From Octopus sinensis (taxonomy: Eukaryota): a DNA stretch of 47,716 nucleotides. The notes beneath the pieces were generated by a model that saw nothing but the letters and a program-made list of their open reading frames with translations, did not search any database and was not told where the DNA came from. A program made the translations under genes and the position numbers. Position 1 is the stretch's first letter, and each line of letters starts with the position of its first letter. The DNA is taken from assembly GCF_006345805.1 (NCBI RefSeq), contig NW_021834488.1, positions 1 through 47,716 of the forward strand, read 5' to 3'. Below are positions 11,385 to 23,973 of this stretch, piece after piece.

Positions 11385-12650
11385 ATCAAAATATTCAATG
11401 TATTTCTGCTTTATTTGCACCAAGACGCTCGAGAGAGTTTTGCTCGTGATTAGACATGGAAAACAATCAGTGAAAGTTTGGTACATGAGAGTCATACTCG
11501 CTTGCGAATATCCGCTATAGATTTTATGATCTTTTTTTCTAACTATAAATACAAGCGAATTATGAATTGTTACCAGTATTATGCTAGGGCTAACGCATAT
11601 AACAGTATATAAAGTTCAAATAGTCTCACAAGAAATGTAATACGAAATTTCTCATATTTGTTTTCCAAATGATTTTGATTTACATTTAAACAAATGCTGT
11701 GCTGTTGTAGATTCAGTGAATTGAGAGGGTTATTTATTGTCGTCTTGATCTGTATCTGCAGATAAAATAATAATCCAGACTTGTACTGGCGTCGATTCAG
11801 TCAAAATTATATATCACTGTTGCCTTATGTCAATATAACATATCAATATTTACAGGTACGAAATTATTTATGTGTGAGTAAATACTTGAAGCAAAACAAA
11901 TTGAAAACAAATTTTGAAGTTTGTTGTGTATTTTTTCACACAGAAAGTTAGTTTCTAAACTGACATCTTTACAATGACATACATTCATTTTGACAAACTT
12001 CAAAATCGATTCTATTGTAAAATCAATTAAACACTGGAAGGAAACATTCATTTCTGAATTTTCTTATCACGAACACCTAATCCGGTTTGTATTAAGACAA
12101 ATGGTTTGTTGTTGAAAATAATTATGGATTACTTTATTACTTTAAAAACGAGAACTGTTACTGTTACCAAACAAGATTTTTATTGAACTTTTAGTATTAT
12201 TAAACTATAGGATGCTTCTAGTTAAAGGATAATATAAACAATTAACAAACAAAATCATTAATAGAGTTTGTATACGGCGTAAATAATGTATTGCCTATCA
12301 TATACATAAGTGATAGAACTGTTACTTCAAACACAATGTCTCTTGAAGTGAAATAAATGCTATGAGACATTTTGGCCCAACCGTTTTGGCACAACCGTTT
12401 TGGCGCTGATTATTTGATGTTGTTATTTCGATGTTGACTTATTTGACATCAGATATTTCATATTTCTTTCTTTCGCTCCCTCCCTCTCCTCTCTTTCTAC
12501 CACTCTCCCTCTTTCTTTGTCTTCCTCTCTTTCTTTGTTAATGTGTACGAGCATATTTCTCTTTATATTTATGGATAGAGGGAAAGTATTTATATTAATT
12601 ATGTTTAATAAAATAAATTGTAACGTCTCTCTCTCCCTTCTCTCTCACTT

Positions 12651-12710
<60 letters not shown>

Positions 12711-14000
12711 ATTCATACTTCTGCGTACGCGCGCGTGTATGTGGTGGAAGGGAGATAACGTGGAGAAATGCGTACTACAGGCTATCCCGAAAGAACTCAG
12801 GTATTTCTTCGGGGCTTCAGGAATGCTTGATACTGCAGGACGAAGCGATACTACCTGAAATACCAAAGTTGTTGCGATCTCCAGTCGCCAGTTGGAGAAG
12901 AGCATCCTGTGGGGTAAACTGTTCGTAAATTATTCACTATATATCACAATTTGTTGCTAAGTTAAAATCCAGAATATTCTATACATTCCTCCTGTCATTG
13001 CACCAAGACACCCGAGAGAGATTTTGTGCTTGCTCGCAACTACATGCACACGAAAAACAATTAGTGAAATCTTGGTAGATGCTACCGTATCATACGCGCG
13101 AGTAAAGACTAAGTCTTCTATGATTTTTACATAACTATACCATAACTATAAATACAAATTAATTATAAATTGTTACTAGTAATATGTCTGGATCAGAACC
13201 AGTAAAAGTTAATGATAAATGATCTCACAAGAAATGTAATACGAAAATTATTATACATATTTTCGAAATGATTCTAGTTTACATCTGTACAAATGCCGTG
13301 TTGCTGTTGTATCGTTGAATTGAATGAGTCATAGTATTTATTTATTTTCGTCTTCTGAGTTCAAATTCCGCCGAGGTCGACTTTGCCTTTCATCCTTTCG
13401 GGGTCGATTAAATAAGTACCAGTTACGCACAGGGGTCGATATAATCGACTTAATCCGTTTATCTGTCCTTGTTTGTCCCCTCTGTGTTTAGCCCCTTGTG
13501 GGTAGTAAAGAAATAAGTATTTATTTACTTTCGTCTTGGTATGAATACTTTCGTCTCGGTACAAATACAGATTTGTATTGGTGTTGACTCAATCGAAATT
13601 ATATATTCCGAACGCCTTGTGTCAAGGTAATATGACAATACAGTATGTGTATGCACGAAATAGTTTATTATAGATTTATGTGTGAATACCTGAAGGTTGA
13701 CAAATTTTAAAGTTTGCTGAGGATTGTTTTACAACACAGCAAGCTAGTTACCGCTTTAGCATTTTATTGCGACATACATCGATTCTATTGTACGATCAAT
13801 TAAACACTGGCAAAACATCCAGCTGCCAGTTCTCTTATCAAGAAAATCTAATCCGGTTTGTATTAAGACAAGTGGTCATAGATAATTATGGATTCGTTTA
13901 TTACCATAAAAAACAGGAACGGATAGCCGTTACCTCGCTGGGTTTGCATTATGAGATTTTGGCATTATTAAACAGTTGTGAGTCTTTAGCTAAAGAATAA
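11385..14000 (+). repeat. Diverged direct duplication of about 0.85 kb (11385-12240 vs 12968-14000)
   Basis: Colinear shared blocks: TTGCACCAAGAC, AACTATAAATACAA, TCTCACAAGAAATGTAATACGAAA, ATCGATTCTATTGTA, CAATTAAACACTGG, CTAATCCGGTTTGTATTAAGACAA. Confidence 0.85.
13356..13518 (+). mobile_element. 5'-truncated SINE family A with about 20-bp TSD
   Basis: TATTTATTTA(T/C)TTTCGTCTT on both sides; absent from the other duplicate copy. Confidence 0.9.
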
Positions 14001-14156
14001 TATAAACATATTTACGGGAAACATAAAATGGTTCTAATTGGAATTTTTCACCATTTATTACGGAAGCTGTAAAATAAAGAATGAACTATGTTTATATGTT
14101 AGATATGAAAGTAAAGAATAAATAATTTAGCTACGACTGGACGAGTTTTTATCAAA

Positions 14157-14207
14157 CTAATAATATAAACGTGGAGATACGAGTTGCCAAAAGCCATCAA
14201 TGAAAGT
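14157..14207 (-). CDS. Candidate terminal coding exon (TFIDGFWQLVSPRLYY*)
   Basis: Acceptor ATTTTCAG; phase 0 matches the candidate exon at 14552-14652; AATAAA on the minus strand at 14054-14059. Confidence 0.35.
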   Translation of the reverse strand, partial: TFIDGFWQLVSPRLYY

Positions 14208-14288
14208 CTGAAAATACTTTTCACTCGACGTAGTACACACACACACATACAAACACTCACATACACACACACACATACACACACACAC

Positions 14289-14320
<32 letters not shown>

Positions 14321-14325
14321 GTATG

Positions 14326-14370
<45 letters not shown>

Positions 14371-14551
14371 TGTGTGTGTGTGTGTGTGTAACAAATGAAG
14401 GATTATTGTTTTGTGTGTATATATCATTCCGACTCAACTAGTTGCACCAACTTAAGTACCTTATACAACTGAATTTTACACACACACACGCACACACACA
14501 CACATACACACACACATACACACACACACAGAGGCACACACACATACTTAC

Positions 14552-14652
14552 ATGCATAGACTGAACTTCTGGAATCTTATGCATATTTTGGGATGTCTCA
14601 TTAGATTGACATAGATTTCCTTTCACTTTTGCTTTTAAGAACTTTTTAACGT
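14552..14652 (-). CDS. Candidate internal coding exon (DVKKFLKAKVKGNLCQSNETSQNMHKIPEVQSMH)
   Basis: CAG acceptor, consensus GTAAGT donor and only one open frame. Confidence 0.4.
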
Positions 14653-15313
14653 CTGCTGAGCATAATTATCGTGAATACATATAATTATAAAAATCAACAC
14701 ATCAATGCATGTATGAATCTATTATATATGTATATATATATATGCATGTCTATATGCTTGTATGTACCGATGGATTTATGTCTGTGTTCATTTGTTTTAG
14801 AGCATACTTGCATAAGGTTTATATTAATGTTTTTGTTTAAGATTTAAGAATAGTTTTAATTAATATTTCATGAACCATTAGCGAAATAAAGGGCAACGAA
14901 ATTTACTTTACATTTTCAGCAATTCACGTCTCTAAAACACTGTCTTCTTTTCATCCACTAATTCTGCATCATTGATTCGCTCTCTCTCCCTCCCCATATA
15001 TGTATATCTATAGATATGTATATATGTATGTGCCTGTGTGTATACATATGTCTTTCTCTCTCTATTTGTTTCTTTCTCTCTCTGTCTCTCTCTGTCTCTC
15101 TCTCTGTCTCTCTCTCTTTAGCCATTTATCCTTTCAATTTAATGTTTTCATTATAATATAAAAGCAAACAGTACACATACACACATACACACATACACAG
15201 ATATATATATATATATGTGTGTATGTGTGTTTATGTTATAAATTTCACATTAAATTGTATGATTTAATTTATATATGCAAATAGTTTACCCTTATATTAT
15301 GAACCCTTAAATT

Positions 15314-15345
<32 letters not shown>

Positions 15346-15412
15346 ATATATATATACATATCGATAACAATCCACATGTAGTTACACACACACACACACA
15401 CACACCACACAC

Positions 15413-15467
<55 letters not shown>

Positions 15468-15732
15468 CAGTTTAGTTCAATGTAAATACACTTAAGGGAT
15501 ATTAAATTATCCGAAGAATTTACTGGTTTTTATTACCTATATCAATAACAATGTTACTTCAATGGGTAAAAACATAAACATACAGTTCATTAGTATATAA
15601 ATATAAATTAAAAAATGGAAAAATAAAATATTTTATACACACAAATGAATTTATAATTGCTCAATTTATTGTTTTGTTTTTCTATTTCTGATTTATATTT
15701 ATATTTACATTATTTATATATATATATATTGA

Positions 15733-15848
15733 GAGTTAAGAGTACGCGTGTCTGTGGAGTGCTCAGCCACTTGCACGTTAATTTCACGAGCAAGCTCTTC
15801 CGTTGATCGTATCAGCTGATACCCTCGTCGTCGTAACCGACGGAGTGC
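15733..15848 (+). mobile_element. 3' tail fragment of SINE family B (third tail type)
   Basis: GTGTCTGTGGAGTGCTCAGCCACTTGCACGTTAAT...CCCTCGTCGTCGTAACCGAC also found at 23498-23700 (minus) and, in part, 34440-34495. Confidence 0.75.
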
Positions 15849-15868
15849 TGTTATATATAATAATAATA

Positions 15869-15922
<54 letters not shown>

Positions 15923-15924
<2 letters not shown>

Positions 15925-16310
15925 GGGAGTATAACTCCAAACTTACAGGGAAAAATTCAATTTAGTATTAAATCAAATTACACAATATAAATATATAATA
16001 TATATAAATTAGAGAAAAACCACTATTATGTAATTCAAACAATGATAGGCATAAAGCAAATCATAAATAAAAAATAAAATATATTATAAAACATATAACT
16101 AGATCACAAAAAGTACAAAAAAATGAATAAACAATATATAAGTGATAAGTATACTTATCATATACTTATTATATACTGTTTATTCATCTTTTTGTACTTT
16201 CTGTGATCTAGTTATATGTTTTATAATATATTTTATTTTTTCTTTATGATTTGGTTTATGTCTGTCATTGTTTGAATTGCATAATAGTGGTTTTTCTCAA
16301 ATTTTTATAT
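15923..16310. repeat. Asymmetric long inverted repeat (arms about 16001-16140 and 16170-16310), related to 7294-7680
   Basis: Diverged inverted arms; left extension TAGGGA...TCCAAA..TTACAGGGAAAAA..TCA.TTTAG and ATTAGAGA.AAAACCACTATT are shared with the 7.3-kb element. Confidence 0.85.
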
Positions 16311-17337
16311 ATATATATATATAAAGTAATTATGGGCTACAAGTCATCCAATATAATTACTAATACTTTCTTTCCAAACATGCAATTCAGCAGACCGTGT
16401 CATTTATTTAACCCTACTTTAAAAATTATTAAAGAAGAAAAGCTGTGCGTTTCTGCGTCTGTTCGCTAAGTTTTCATATCTTCAATTTTACTAATTTTCG
16501 CATCATTAGCATTTGTAACTCATTGCTTTATTTTGAAGAAATAACTGAGTAAAAAGAAATTGCTAAATAGTTGACAGAATCGTCATAGCATCTGGCCAAA
16601 CGCCCACGCTTTTCAATTAGGACTGTTTTACACTCTGTGTCTAACTCTTGCCGAGGTCAGCTTTGGTCTTCATCGATCCGCAGTCGATACTTTAAAGTAC
16701 CATTCATGTAGCTGAATTGATTTAATATTCATATAAATCGTCCTTGAATTATAACTGAACAATCAGACGTTGCCTAATAGATATACAGACTGATAAATAT
16801 ACATAAAGATAAACACAGACAGAGAGAGTGAGAGAAAGGAGAGGAGGGAAAGAGAGTACAATTATGCAACTATTATCTGTGTTAGACCTGCGGGTACTAG
16901 TTAAAGAAACTTAGTTGCAGATAGTCATTACATTCCAGTATTCCAGACACCATTGAATTCTTTTTCTTTATTTTTTTTCCTTTCATACGTCATACTTAGG
17001 TTTCTAGTTATAAAATAGTAGTAATTACAAAGTAGACTCACAAAACTTCAACACAGGCTCGTGTGTGTGTGTGTGCGTGCGTGCGTGCATGAGTGTATGT
17101 ATGTGAGAGTGGTATGTAGAGAGGGGAGGGAATATGTGCGTATGTGTATGTATGTGTGTGTGTTTGTGAGTGTGTGTGTTTGCGTGTGTTTGTGTGTCTG
17201 TGCGTGTGTGAGTGTGCAAACGGATGACAAGAAAGGAACACAAAAGATTTTACAAATATATTTTTTTAACATTATAAATGTACAAGGCGGCGAGCAGGTA
17301 GAATTGGGCATACAGGTTATATTATTGGGGAGGAGCA

Positions 17338-18785
17338 CAGGCTACACAAAATAATGGAAGCACCCATTTTTATTTAACTATTTTTTTTATTGCTATTGAC
17401 AATATGACAAATTCAAAACCGCTCCAGTTTCTACGTGTGTACGCGCGTGTGTGTATATATATATATATACAATTGAAAAATAGGATAAAATCTTTATAAG
17501 AAATTATCAAGTAGTTAGCGGGAAAAACCTCATAAGAGAAAAATCCACCAATTTTTCTCTTAAATATATTTATTTATATTATATAGAGGGCATTACTACA
17601 CATAAATGCCACACGCCAGGAGGTTACTAAGTCAAAACTACTAAAATAAATAAACACATCGTACCGAATATATATATATATATGTTCATATGAATGTATG
17701 CCATGTGCTTCAAGATATAACCTTCTGTTTTCTTTTTTTGCAGATATTTTATATTAAAAATGCGTGTCTTATCTGATTTCTGGTGAGGACAATTTGTTGG
17801 AGGACTGACCACTAGAATCTCTAAAATCATGCTGGAACCAAAACCACAGTAAAACCAACTTTGACAAGCATAATTCTTGACGGAAGGCAAACCTTACAGA
17901 GAGGTATCACAGCATTGTGAAACGAATTCTCTAAAAATCATCGAACTGCAGCAAAAATAACAGAAGAATTTAACAACTAGCTTGTCAATTCTGTGTCAAT
18001 CAAAACCCGTTTGTCGTCAGTTCCATAAAGCTGGATACCGTGGGAAAACGGAAATTGCTAAATTTTTCCTGCTCCTCATCGACATTGATAAGCAGAAAAA
18101 TTGGTGTGTAGGCTATCAGAAGTGTTCAATGGCTAAATGAAGCAATGTCGTCTTCTTTGACAAATAATCATTCACACCTTTTCCCCTACTTCGGGGTGAC
18201 CTTATATCTGGAAAGAGCACGACGAAGCTCTCGACCCTGACTTGGTTAAAATGAGGTTCTGTGATCATTTGGGCAACCATATCATAGAACTCTTCCGGCT
18301 CTTTAGTTCTTCTACATAGCAGAGTTTACGACAAGGATGATCTGAGTATTTTGGCTGATCATATTCATCCAATGGTACAAACATTGTTCCCTGATGGTAG
18401 CACAATCTTCCAGGACGATTATGCATCGACTTCCATGACTACTACTATTGGTATGAAGAACACAAAAGGGAAGTAGAACATTTGAAATCCCCTTCTCCGA
18501 CCCCAACAATCACCGGACCTCAATAAAATCGAGGATTTTAGAGTAGAAAGTAGGGGCTGCTTCCCTTTTAAAATTATAAATATCATCATCGCTGGACGAA
18601 TTAAAGTAGGTTTTTCGTCGAGGAATTACTTAAAATTACTTTGAGAAACTTTAAGAACCTGCGCGAGTGAATCCTCGATGTATTAAAGGTGGGGTGTAAT
18701 TGATGACAGGGGAAAACCAGCTTCATATTAAATAATAAACTTCCATTGAACAAGAAACAAGGTGTTTTCATTATTTCAACTAGAT
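17338..18785 (+). mobile_element. Decayed Tc1-family DNA transposon (transposase pseudogene about 17760-18730)
   Basis: Broken frames give LSDF..GQ.VG, TAAKITEE, HKAGYRG, GSVIIWATIS, IFQDDYA and SPDLNKIE (Tc1 DDE motifs); degenerate TIRs AAATAATG(G/A)A..CACC. Confidence 0.85.
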
Positions 18786-18794
18786 CACACAGAG

Positions 18795-18833
<39 letters not shown>

Positions 18834-18904
18834 ACCCTTTCTCTCTCTCTCTCTCTCACCCTTTCTCTCTCTCTCTCCCCGTTTCTTCTCTTTCCTGAGA
18901 ACCC

Positions 18905-19140
18905 CTAAATCGCGGGGGGCGTAAACAAACTAACATTGGTTGTCAAGCGGTGGCAGGAGTGGACAAACACAGACAATAAAACACACGTGCACACACACAC
19001 ACACACACACGTACACACACATACATACACACATACATACACTCGACGGGTTTCCACACAATTCCATCTACCAAATTCACAAGACATTGGTTGAGTGACC
19101 CGCGGCTATGGTATTAGACACTTGCCCATGGTGCCGCGCG
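18905..19140 (-). mobile_element. SINE family C fragment with internal (CA)n
   Basis: Matches 26288-26647. Confidence 0.75.
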
Positions 19141-19204
19141 GAAGCCTAATGTAATATATACGAGACCTATAGTAAATGACTGGACTTTTAAATATATTGT
19201 CTAC

Positions 19205-19246
19205 CTGTACGGCTTCAAAATGCATTGTCCACTTGTTCTTTCTAAC
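19205..19246 (-). CDS. Possible 42-nt micro-exon (VRKNKWTMHFEAVQ)
   Basis: Pyrimidine tract plus AG, CAG|GTAGAC donor, open in phase 0; no homology evidence. Confidence 0.2.
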
Positions 19247-19667
19247 CTTGAATCGAGATGGTAGTTAAAAAGAAAATGCCATGTTGTAACGTAAAAGATG
19301 GTAATTAAGATAGATTTAAACAAAGAACAAGTTAGCCATTATTTTGAACAATAGCCTGCGTCGATATGTCAAAGGTCAAAACACATTTCTAGTGTTAATG
19401 ACCAACAGTCAATTTGTCGGCTTATTTTTGGTAAGTTTGAAAGGACAAGTAAAGAACTTCATTATATGCTTTGCTGTTGTTTTTTTTTTTCTCTTCCTCT
19501 ACATGGAAAAAAATATCTTTAAATATCCACAAGCAAAACGGGTAATTCTTCCTACACGATTATCTTATGTGCTATTGCGCATGCAATATTCACAAATCCA
19601 TACAGACATAAACATTCATGTCAACAAATTGACCCTAGTACATATTCTTTTCCTTTTTTTTTTTTTT

Positions 19668-19790
19668 GTAAAGCCTGGTTCTTATTCTATCGTTTTCTTT
19701 TGCCGAACCGCTAAGTTACGGGGTCGTAGATAAAGCAACACTGGCTGTCAAGCGCTCGTGGGAGACAAACACATGCACAAAGAGACACAT
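19668..19790 (-). mobile_element. SINE family C 3' fragment
   Basis: GTAAAGCCTGGTTCTTATTCTATCG...GCCGAACCGCTAAGTTACGGG matches 26390-26450. Confidence 0.7.
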
Positions 19791-19912
19791 GCATAGATAT
19801 ATATACATATCTATCTATATCCACCCATACATACATACGTACATATTTATATGTGTGTGTATAAACACGTATATATATTATATATACATATATATGTATA
19901 TATATATATGAA

Positions 19913-19956
<44 letters not shown>

Positions 19957-20116
19957 TATATGTGCATATTATATATATACATATATATACATATATACAG
20001 ATATTATATATACATATATATATATACATACATATACACATATATTATATTTATATATATATATATATATACATATACACCACCACCCCACACACACATA
20101 TATATATGTATATATA

Positions 20117-21005
20117 TGTGGTCTCATCAATAAGTATGAGAATGTTGCCATAGTAACGAAGGTAAAGCACGCAAAGTGAAGCCGCTTGGCACAGACCGAC
20201 CTTGAACTCTACTCTGCATGCGTACTAAGTTATAACATTCTAACTGACTTCCACTGTGCTTGGAAGAAAGATGGCGCGTAGCGTGTGATCGTGACATTAA
20301 CCATAACAGAGACAGCTGAGCAGAGAATCTGCATCAAATTTTGCCAAAAGCTTGCGATACTGTTCAGAAGCCTACGCAAAGATTTCAAAAAGATTCCATA
20401 GTTCTCGACACAATCAAAGAGATCTTGTGCAACTGAAACCCGAAGGGTTTTTTTTTTTTGTGAGCTGCAAGACGTTTTGGCACAAACTTGGAAGACACGC
20501 GTCTCATACCCAAATCTTCAGTGGTAATGGACTGAACTGAACCGTAAGTAATCTGCACATCCACTGATAATTCACGGATGGTGATTCGACGATTTCACCC
20601 TCACAGCTGGACATCTGCGATGTTTTTTCTCATTTCTGCTGGTTGTATGTCTCCAAGAACGTCCTTCAATATCGACATTTTTTCGGCCATCTTAAAAACG
20701 TCTGAACCGCTCGTAATCTTGTGTGCGGCTCACACACTCGTCTCCATAAATTTTCTGAAGCTTTGCATAGGCCTCCGAACAAGTATCGCCCTGACAACTT
20801 TCTCTGTTATGCTTAATGCGAGGATCACTCGCTACACACCTTCCTTCTAAGCTCTACTATAAACAGCAGAAGTGAGCTAAAACGTTAAAACTCAGTGCGC
20901 ATGCACAGCAGAGAGGTCAAGGTTAATCTTTGTCAGGCGGCTCTACTCTGCGTGCTTTACCTTTGTTACAATGGCAACAGCTCGGATACTTATTGATTAG
21001 GCCTC
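20117..21005 (-). mobile_element. Mariner derivative with two inverted 5' ends and a transposase N-terminal remnant
   Basis: About 270-bp diverged inverted arms (20117-20390 and 20750-21005), TA at both ends. Minus strand encodes SEAYAKLQKIYGDECVSRT...RRITIREL...DLGMRRVSSKFVPK (mariner HTH and linker); left arm encodes EQRICIKFC. Confidence 0.85.
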
Positions 21006-21146
21006 TATGATTTGATCTGATTTGATTTGATCTAGTTTCAGCTCATGTGCTGTGGCCAAGCTGGGGCACCACCATTTACACACACACACATGTGAATCGT
21101 TGGCGATTTTTTATCTTCGTCTTCCTTTACTATTTAACTTTGGTCT

Positions 21147-21181
21147 GTTTCTGAAGAAGAGCTTTGCTCGAAACGTTAAAC
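21147..21181 (+). ncRNA. Minimal hammerhead motif lacking stem III (GAAA-CG-UH)
   Basis: GUUU-CUGAAGA-A-GAGC(uuu)GCUC-GAAA-CG-UU-AAAC inside a short element of about 200 bp (21092-21285). Confidence 0.65.
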
Positions 21182-21304
21182 TACCATTCTTTCCTTCCCT
21201 GAGCGTCCGCTAATGCTTTACATGTACGACTTCCTCGCGTTGTCATTTTTTGTGTATGTTTGTTCTTGTTTCCGGGGGATTTATATATATATATATATAT
21301 ATAC

Positions 21305-21448
21305 ACAACGATTTGTTTTTCAGTTTCCATCTACGAAATCTCTTCACAAACTTTTAGGTCGGCCAATGGTTAAAATAGAAAACACTTGCCCAACCGAGTG
21401 AACCCTGAACCATGTGGTTGGGAAACAAGTTTCTCACCACATAGTCAC
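21305..21448 (-). mobile_element. SINE family C 5' fragment (decayed)
   Basis: CAGTTTCCATCTAC...ACACTTGCCCAA...GAACCATGTGGTTGGGAAACAAG. Confidence 0.7.
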
Positions 21449-22571
21449 TTATTTAGTAGCTACAAATTTATTATTCATATAAAAATTGACTTAGACAATA
21501 GTAATGTGATGTCACACAGGTACATCTACTCATACACATGTACATACACACTCCTTCACACACATGTAGGTGCATGTATGATTTGTGGTTAGACTGTTAA
21601 GCTCATGAACATGAGTTCATGTCTTGGATTCCAGGATCAGGCGACACTTAGTATACTTAAGCTAGGCGTGTCCTTTCACGTTGAATCTGTTTACTTAACT
21701 GAAATGAGTAACACTCTAGTCGAGTGCAACACTCCAGTCGAGTGTTTGCACAGCGCTCTTCCAGCAGCTGCATCTTTCTCGATGTTCTGATGGTCAAGCG
21801 TTGAAAGGCCAAGAGGATGTGTTTGACCACGCGCGAATACATAAGCACGGGAAACAATTAATGATATTTCATTGCACGTTTTCAGGGCATACGTGCTTGC
21901 AAGTATCAACTATGTGTGTATGTATGTATGTATGTATGTATGATGTATGTATGTATGTATGTATGCATGTATGCATGTATGTATATATATGTGTATGTAT
22001 GTATGCATGTATGTTTGTATTATGTTTGTATGTACGTACGTACGTATGTATGTATATATTTATATATATGTACATACGTATGTATGTTCAATTCACATAA
22101 ACACATAGAATGTACAAATGTGTATAACATTCTATTCGTAAATCCCGAAGACACATGGACTGTAGTGCAATAATATGCATGAAAAGAAGATACTTCTACG
22201 TGGCCTCATTATATGCTAGAAACAACAGACAAAATTTTAAAACACAATGCTCTCTAACATCTGATTGTTCAGAGCTGAGTCAAGGCTAAATTACGCCAAC
22301 GATACATACACTAACGCTCGCCCCATTCCACCCCATCACACACATGTATTCTGTATATTCTTTTAGAGGAGAGAGAAAGATGGAGCGGGAAGGGAGGTAG
22401 AATATTCAGACATGGCGTTACGTTTATAGATCAATGTGTTAATAGAAAGCTATAAAATATAATTGGATCAATAAATACATACATTCCGCCATGGTGTATT
22501 AATTAACACACATCTAATTATTCATAAGTATGCGTATACAAATATATAGCAAAGTTGCTTAAATACCTCTG

Positions 22572-22605
<34 letters not shown>

Positions 22606-23192
22606 TATATATATATATATACATACACGCATGTATATGTGTGTGTGTGTGTGTATAAAGTCACCGGTCTAACAAATTCACTGAGTACGGATTCATCAGT
22701 CAATCCGTATACATACATACCCACACACGTACCTGCGGGGGCGTGCGTGTATATATGTAAATCTGTATGCATATATGTATATATCGTGAGAGATTATGGA
22801 AAGGGACACCGTACGTCAGTTTTAGGCCTCCATACATAATGCATGAATCTATTTAAACTAATCAAAACAAGTCATCCAGTACATGTGACATATATGCTCT
22901 GCATATATTTGGCAGAGTTGTTAAGGCGTCGGGTAGAAAGTGTTTCACATATTGTTCCAACTAAGTGGGTTCAAATCCTACCAAGATCAACTTTGCCTTT
23001 TGATTTTTTTGTGGTCGATGAAAACGTACATCGATGGTTTGGCGGAAATGTAGGAACGTCGCACCCCATACGTGTCTTATTTATTCCGCTTCTTTAAGTT
23101 CAGAGTTCAAATCACGTTGTGACCTGCTCGTGTAACAGATTTAATACGTCGCCCGTAATTAAGACATCACCACAATTTGGCGCTGTGAATAC

Positions 23193-23301
23193 CTGTAGCG
23201 GTGTCAATTCCGTAGCAAGCATTTGCGCCGCACCTCTGGTTTGTGGACAGATTCCTCTTTCATTCCCAACTGTTTCGGAGGCTTTGTACAGGGTCGTAAG
23301 A
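23193..23301 (-). CDS. Possible coding exon (LTTLYKASETVGNERGICPQTRGAAQMLATELTPLQ)
   Basis: GC-richer unique island with TTTTTAG acceptor and CAG|GTATTC donor; a plus-strand reading is also possible. Confidence 0.25.
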
Positions 23302-23497
23302 CTAAAAACATTAAAAAGCATGTTTTACAGGCGAATAAAATGGCCCGTCTTTACATTGTATCCTGCACCAGAAACTAATAAAAACTCAAATATCTTCAAA
23401 TTTCTGGTACCTAGATACCTATATAAGTTAAGTTAGGTGAATATATATATATATATTATATAATATATATATATATATATATAATATATGTATATGG

Positions 23498-23712
23498 GAC
23501 CACTCTGTCGGTTACGACGACGAGGGTCCTAGTTGATACGATCAATTGAACAGTTTGCTCCTGAAATGAACGTGCAAGTGGCTGAGCATTCCACAGACAT
23601 GTGTACCCTTAACGTAGTCCTCAGGGAGATTCAGCATGACACAGGTACTACTCATTTTTGCCAGCTGAGTGGACTGGACCAACGAGAAATAAAGTGTCTT
23701 GTTCCGGCCGAG
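23498..23712 (-). mobile_element. SINE family B, third tail type
   Basis: Reverse complement of 34320-34495 and 15733-15848. Confidence 0.75.
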
Positions 23713-23753
23713 AATCGCTAGCCACTACACATTCTCTATTTTCTCTCCTTTTT

Positions 23754-23791
23754 TCTTTCTGTGTAAGAGCGTAGGCTCGAAACGTTAAAGA
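23754..23791 (+). ncRNA. Degenerate minimal hammerhead
   Basis: UCUUU-CUGUGUA-A-GAGC(guag)GCUC-GAAA-CG-UU-AAAGA; stems intact, 5' core mutated; downstream sequence resembles that of 21147. Confidence 0.5.
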
Positions 23792-23933
23792 CTTTTCCAA
23801 TTCCCGAGCGTTAAACTAATACATCTGTTTGTTGTCTACACCACCTGTCTTCGACTTTTGTTTTGTTTTTCTTTTGTGAACTCTCCCCATATATACATAC
23901 ATACACACATACGCACATACACTTCTATCTCTT

Positions 23934-23973
<40 letters not shown>

